Shown in pieces: positions 58,342-64,000 of a stretch of DNA of 64,000 nt. Position 1 is the first letter of the stretch, and every line of letters starts with the position of its first letter. Source of the DNA: the human T2T-CHM13v2.0 reference genome, Homo sapiens; NCBI RefSeq assembly GCF_009914755.1, contig NC_060928.1. One strand, written 5' to 3'. The translations under genes and the position numbers were made by a program. Under the pieces are notes generated by a model. It made no database searches. It saw only the letters and a program-made list of their open reading frames with translations, and had not been told where the DNA came from.

Positions 58342-61300
58342 TGGCCTTATTTCTGGGCTTTCCATTCTGTTCCATTGGTCCATGTGTCTGTTTTTGTACC
58401 AGTAACATGCTCTTTTAGTTACTGTAGCCCTGTAGTATAGTTTGAAGTTGGGTACTGTTATGCCTCAAGCTTTGTTCTTTTTGCTTAGGCTTACTTTAGC
58501 CATTCACGCTCTTTTCTTGCTCCCATGCAAATTTTACAATAGTTTTATTCTAATTCTGTGAAAAATGATCTTTATCGTTTCATAGAAATAGCATTAAAAC
58601 TGTAAATTGCTTTGTGCAGTATGGCCATTTTAACAATATTGAGTCTGCCTATCCATGAGCATGGAATGTTTTTCTATTTGTTACTGTTGTCTCATCTTTC
58701 AGCAGTGTTTTGTAATTCTTGTAGTAGAGATCTTTCAACTTCCTGGTTAGCTGTATTCCTGGGTATTTTATTCTTTTTGTGGCTGTTGCAAATGGAATTG
58801 TGTTCTTGATTTGGCTCTCAGCTTGGATGTCATTGGGGTATAGAAATGCCTTGGATTTTTGTACACTGATTTTGTATCCTGAAACTACTGAAATTGTTTA
58901 CTAGTTCTAGAAGCCCTTGGGCAGGGACTATGGGGTTTTCTAGGTGTAAACATTATGTCATCAGTGAACGGAGATAATTTTACTTCCTTTTTTCCAATTC
59001 GATGCATTTTATTTCCTTCTCTTTCCTGATTGCTCTAGCTAGGTGTTCCAGCATTATGTCGAATGGGAGTGGTGAGAGTGGGCATCCTTGTCTTGTTTCA
59101 GTTCTCAGGGGGAATGCTTCCAGTTTTTGCCCACTCAGTGTTATGTCGGCTGTGAGTGTGTGATTGATGGCTCTTATTATTTTGAAGTATGCTCCTTTGA
59201 TGCCTAGTTTGTTGAGGGTTTTTATCATAAAGAGATGTTGGATTTCACAGAAGGCTTTTTCTGTGTCTATTCAGATGATCATATAGTTTTTGTCTTAATT
59301 CTGCTTTTGTGGTGAATCACATTTATTTATTTGTGTATGTTGATCAAACCTTGCCTCCCAGGAATTAAGCCTACTTGATTGTTGTGAATTAACTTATCGA
59401 TGTGCTGCTGCATTCAGTTTGCTAGTATTCTGAGGATTTTTGCATCTATGTTCATCAGGCATGTTGGTCAGAGGTTTTCTTTTTTGTTGTGTCTCTGCAA
59501 TGTTTGGTATCAGAATGATGCTGGATTTATAGAATGAGTTAGGGGGGAGTCCCTTCTCAGTTTTTTGGAATAATTTCAGCAGGATTGATACCAGCTCTTC
59601 TTTAAATGTCTGGTAGAATTTGGCTGTGAATCCATCGGGTCCAGGCCTTTTTCCAGATGGTAGGATTTTTATTACTAATTCAGTTTTTGAACTCGTTATT
59701 GACCTGTTCAGGATTTCAATTTTCCATGGTTCAATCTTACAAGGTTGTATGTTTCTAGGAACTTATCCATTTCTTCCAGGATTTCTAGTTTGTGAACATC
59801 TAGAGATGTTCATAATGTCTCTGAGGAATTTTTGTATTTCTGTGTGGTCAGTAATGCCATCTTTGCCATTTCTGATTATATGTATTTGGATGGTCTCTCT
59901 TTTTTATCATGATTAATTTAGCTAGCAGTCTATCAATCTATTTATTATTTGAAAAAAAACACAACTCCTGGTTTTATTAATCCAGTTTCATTGAATTTTT
60001 GCATCTCAATTTCATTCAGTTCTGCTCTGATTTTTGTTATTGCTTTTATTCTTCTAGCTTTGGAGTTGGTTTACTCTTGTTTTTCTAGTTCCTTTAGGTG
60101 TGATGTCAGGTTGTTAATTTGAGATCTTTCTAATTTCTTGATGTAGGCATTTAGTGCTATAAACTTCCCAAATACTGCTTTAGCTGTGTCCCAGAAATTC
60201 TGGTAAATTGTATCTTTGATTTTATTAGTTTTTCAAATAGTTTTTTTATTTCTGCCTGAATTTTTCATTCTTTATTCAACAGTCATTCAAGAGTAGGTTG
60301 TTTAATTTTCATGTGATTGTATAGTTTTAAGAGATCTTCTTGGTATTTATCTTTTTATTGTGCTATAGTCTGAGAGTGTGGTTGGTATAATTTTTGGTTT
60401 ATTTGAATTTGTCAATAATTGCTTTATGGCCAAGTATGTGGTAGGTCTTATAGCATGTGCCATGTGGAGATGAGAAGAATGTATATTCTGTTTTCGTTGG
60501 GTCGGCTATTCTTTAGATGTCTATTAGGTCCATTTGATCAAGTGTTGAGCTTAGGTTCCAAATATCTTTGTTAGTTTTCTGCTTCAATGATCTAACATTG
60601 TCAGTGGCATTTCTGAAAGATGTAGAGAGAGCAAGCAACTTGGAAAACATATTTGGAGTCTCCCACTATTATTGTACTGTTATCTAAGTCTCTTTGTAGG
60701 TCTCTAAGAACTTGTTTTATGAATCTGGGTGATCCAGTGTTACATACATATATACTTAGGATAGTTAAGTCTTCCTGTTGAATTTAACCCTTTATCATTA
60801 TGTAATGCCCTTCTTTGTCCTTTTTGATCATTGTAGGTTTAATGTTGGTTTTGTCTGAAAAAAAGCATAGCACTTTCTCTTCTTTTTTGGTTTTCATTTG
60901 CGTGATAGATCTTTCTCTATCCCTTTACTTTGAGCCTGTGGTTGTCATTGCATATGAGATGGGTCTCTTGAGGACAGCATATAGTTGGGTCTTGCTTCTT
61001 TATCCAACTTGACACTTTGTGTCCTTAAGTGGGACATTTAGCCTATTTACATTCAAGGTTAATATATGAGGATCTGACTCTGTCCTGTTGTTAGCTGGTT
61101 GTTATGTAGACTTGCTTGTAATTGCTTTAGTGCCTGTGGGCTATGTACTTAAGTGCGTTAACATTGGGTCAGATAACAGGTCTTTCATTTCTATGTTTAG
61201 CACTCCCTTAAGGACCTATTGTAAGGCAGATTTGATGGTAACAAATTCTCTTAGCATTTGCTTGTCTGAAAAGGATTTTATTTCTCCTTCACTTATGAAG

Positions 61301-63362
61301 CTTAGTTTGACTGGATTTGAAATTCTTGGTTGGAATTTATTTTCCATAGGGATGCTGAATACAGGCCTCCAATCTCTTCTGGCTTATAAGGTTTTTGCTG
61401 AAGGGTCCACTGTTAACCTGATGGAATTCCTTTTGTACATGACCTGCCCCTCCTCTTAAGCTGCCTATAAGGTTTTTTTGGTTGCCATGACTTTGGAGAA
61501 ACTGATGACTATGTGTTTTGCAGATGGTCATCTTGTATAGTATCTCACAGGGGTTGTCCGAATTTCCTGAATTTGCATGTTAACCTTTTTAATGAGGTAG
61601 AGGAAGTTTTTGTGGACCATATCCTCGAATATGTTTTCCAAGTTGCTTGTTCTCTCTACATCTCTTTCAGAAATGCCAATGAGTCATATGTAAGGTCTCT
61701 TTGCTTAATTCCATATTTTTGGAGGATTTGTTCGTTTTTTAATTTTTTTTCTGCTTGCATTAATTTGAATGAACAGTCTCTTGAGTTCTGAGATTCTTTC
61801 CTCAGCTTGGTCTATTCTGTTATTAATGTTTCAAATTGCATTCTGAAATTCCTGTAGTGAATTTTTCATTTCCAGAAGTTCAGTTTGTTTTTTTCTTAAA
61901 ATGGCTATGCTGTCTTTCAACTCTTGGACCATTTTACTGTTTCCCTTTGATTGGATTTCAACCTTTTCCTATATCTCAGTGAGCTTCCTTGCCATCCAGA
62001 TTTTAAACTCTATGCCTGTTATTTAAGCCATTTCAGTCTGGTTAACAATCATTGCTGGGGAGCTAGTGTGATCACTTGAAGGTAAGAAGACACTCTGGCT
62101 TTTAGAGTTGCCAGAGTTCTTGGTTTTTCTCATCTGTGTGGGCTGATGTTCCTTTAATCTTTGAAGTTGCTGTTTTTTAGATGGAGATTTTTACTTTTAT
62201 ATTCTTTGATGCCATTGAGGGTTTGAGTGTGGTATAAATTGGGTTTAGTCAATTGGCTCCATTTCTGCATGCTTCAAGGGGACCAAAACTCAGCTCAACA
62301 CTCATGGGTTGCATGCTCTAACCCTGGGGGACTGGGACCAGGCCTGTGGCTTTGTTCTCTGGAACCTCAAGGTTAAGTACCTGCTACAATGGAGAAGCTA
62401 AGATGTTCCCAGTCTATTGGTAGCAACACTCTGATGAAGGATTCTGGCAGCCACGCTCCAGCAGGGCAGCAGTGGGCCTCCACATGCATGTGCATCAACA
62501 GGGCAGCAGGGGTTCCTGCATGCACACATGCTGGTAGGGTGGCGGCAGGTCTGTGCGCATGTGCACACTGGTGGGGTGGTGGAAGGGGAGACTTTGGGCA
62601 AGTGCATGCCGGTGGGGAAGTCTACAGGCACGTGCATGCTGGCAGGGGGAGGCTGCAAGCAGCTGCATTATGGTGAGGGTTCCTTTGCAAAAGCACTCTG
62701 AGGGGTAGGCAGGGTCTACTGGCAAAAGAGCTGTGACAGTGGCCACTAGTAAGCTGAAGCTACATTGCAAGTGGGTACAGCCAGGCAGGAGCCCTGGGAA
62801 AGGCTGGCAGATAAGGGGTACTCAGATAAGTCGGGACTCATCCCACAGAGAAGCAAGAAAGCCCTTCTCTGTCCAGGTCCAGCAGCTATCAAAGGCTAAA
62901 GCAGCCTAGAGAAGTATGGCAAGCCTTGGGAGATGGGTGGCCCTGGCTGTAGTCCACTGCAGCCATTCCTAGGCCAAACCTGGGCTTCACACAGCTGGAG
63001 TTCTGTCTCTGCCAACTCTCTGGGTAGTTCTCCCTGCCAGCTGAGATGTCCATGAGGATCATGAGGTCTCCTGCAGCTAGGATCCCTGAGGTCTGTGGTG
63101 AGAGTGGGCCACTCTATACCTACTTCACTCACCCTTTCCCTAGGAGCAGCTCAGAGCCAGAAACAAGTCCTGTTGCTCAGCAACCTTGTACAGGTTTCCC
63201 AACTTCTTCCCCTTTCAGCCTGGGGTCCATGTCCTCCCTCTGTCCACTCTCAATGTCTTCTTTCTGAGAGAAGATCTGCTTAGTGTGTCAGTCTACTTGA
63301 TGATCTGGTCTCTCTCAAAGGGCAAAGCTCTTCCTGGCTGTGTCTAGTCAGCCGTCTCGATT
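58342..63362 (-). mobile_element. L1PA13-16 (L1P4-type) LINE-1 with 5'UTR but lacking its 3' end
   Basis: Antisense ORF2 (QGCPLSPL), ORF1, GC-rich 5'UTR with GTGCATGC subrepeats; 5' end reads GAGACGGCTGACTAGACACAGCC on the minus strand. Confidence 0.85.
60605..60655 (+). repeat. Inverted templated insertion copied from 61626-61678
   Basis: TGGCATTTCTGAAAGATGTAGAGAGAGCAAGCAACTTGGAAAACATATTTG is the near-exact reverse complement of 61626-61678. Confidence 0.92.
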
Positions 63363-63530
63363 CTGCTGTTTGTTTTTAATATTTCATGTCTTTTTTGTTC
63401 TCCTGTTCCTCTTTTACAGCTTTTTTTGTGTTAAATAGATACGTTTAGTGTACCATTTTAATTCCTTTAAACTATATTTTTTAGTTATTGTCTTAATGGT
63501 TGCCCTAGGGATTGCAATATAATATATCAC

Positions 63531-64000
63531 TATCAGGGAACCTGCCCCAATAGTCACGTAGGTTCTTTTCTATTTTCCTTAAGCGTCAGCCGGCTTGAAA
63601 AATAAAGGGACAGAGTACAAAAGAGAGAAATTTTAAAGCTGGGCATCCGGGGGAGACATCACATGTTGGTAGGTTCCATGATGCCCCACAAACCGCAAAA
63701 ATCAGCAAGTTTTTATTAGGGATTTTCAAAAGGGGAGGGAGTGTGCGAACAGGTGTGAGTCACAGACATCAAGTACTTCACAAGGTAATAGAATATCACA
63801 AGGCAAATGGAGGCAGGGCGAGATCACAGGACCACAGGACCGGGGCGAAATTAAAATTGCTAATGAAGTTTTGGGCACCATTGTCATTGATAAAAACTTA
63901 TCAGGAGACAGGGTTTTGAGAGCAACCGGTCTGACTAAAATTGATTAGGTGGGAATTTCCTCTTCCTAATAAGCCTGGGAGCACTATAGGAGACTGGGGT
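63531..64000 (-). mobile_element. MER11B/C LTR (HERV-K11/HML-8), runs off the window end
   Basis: TATCAGGGAACCTGCCCCAATAGTCACGTAGGTTCTTTTCT is the reverse complement of the MER11 3' terminus. Confidence 0.88.

Noticed and set aside
61150-61180. Possible fourth small templated patch sharing GTCAGAT with the reverse complement of ~61072-61080
   Set aside because: The match is too short to separate from ordinary divergence
62389-62770. GC-rich repeats and overlapping ORFs
   Set aside because: Subrepeats of the old L1P4 5'UTR rather than a gene or host CpG-island promoter

Overview
Primate (human or other African great ape, given an L1PA2 copy) AT-rich genomic DNA dominated by transposable elements. 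I found no supportable host protein-coding exon, tRNA, rRNA or CRISPR array. The long ORFs in the track are almost all L1-, Alu- or junction-derived, and the remaining short ORFs have no recognisable homology. Major elements are a TSD-flanked L1PA7/8 (9607-15931) and a three-layer L1 nest (L1ME > L1MA4-like > full-length L1PA2, ~20260-30800). There is also a twin-primed 5'-inverted L1PA5, an L1PA15/16 3' fragment, an L1MB7/8 with nested LTR, Alu, MST and L1P4 insertions, a MER11 LTR, several Alus, MIRs, L2s, MLT1 LTRs and hAT MITEs. Unique stretches contain candidate homeodomain-rich enhancers, the best at 48480-49200. The most unusual signal is three independent locally templated insertions, each inside an L1 ORF2 and each copied from DNA within this window: ~470 bp from 8.1 kb away, ~100 bp from 1.1 kb away, and ~50 bp inverted from 1 kb away, all with junctional microhomology. 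Subfamily names come from recalled consensus sequences rather than a search, and the boundaries of old repeats are approximate.
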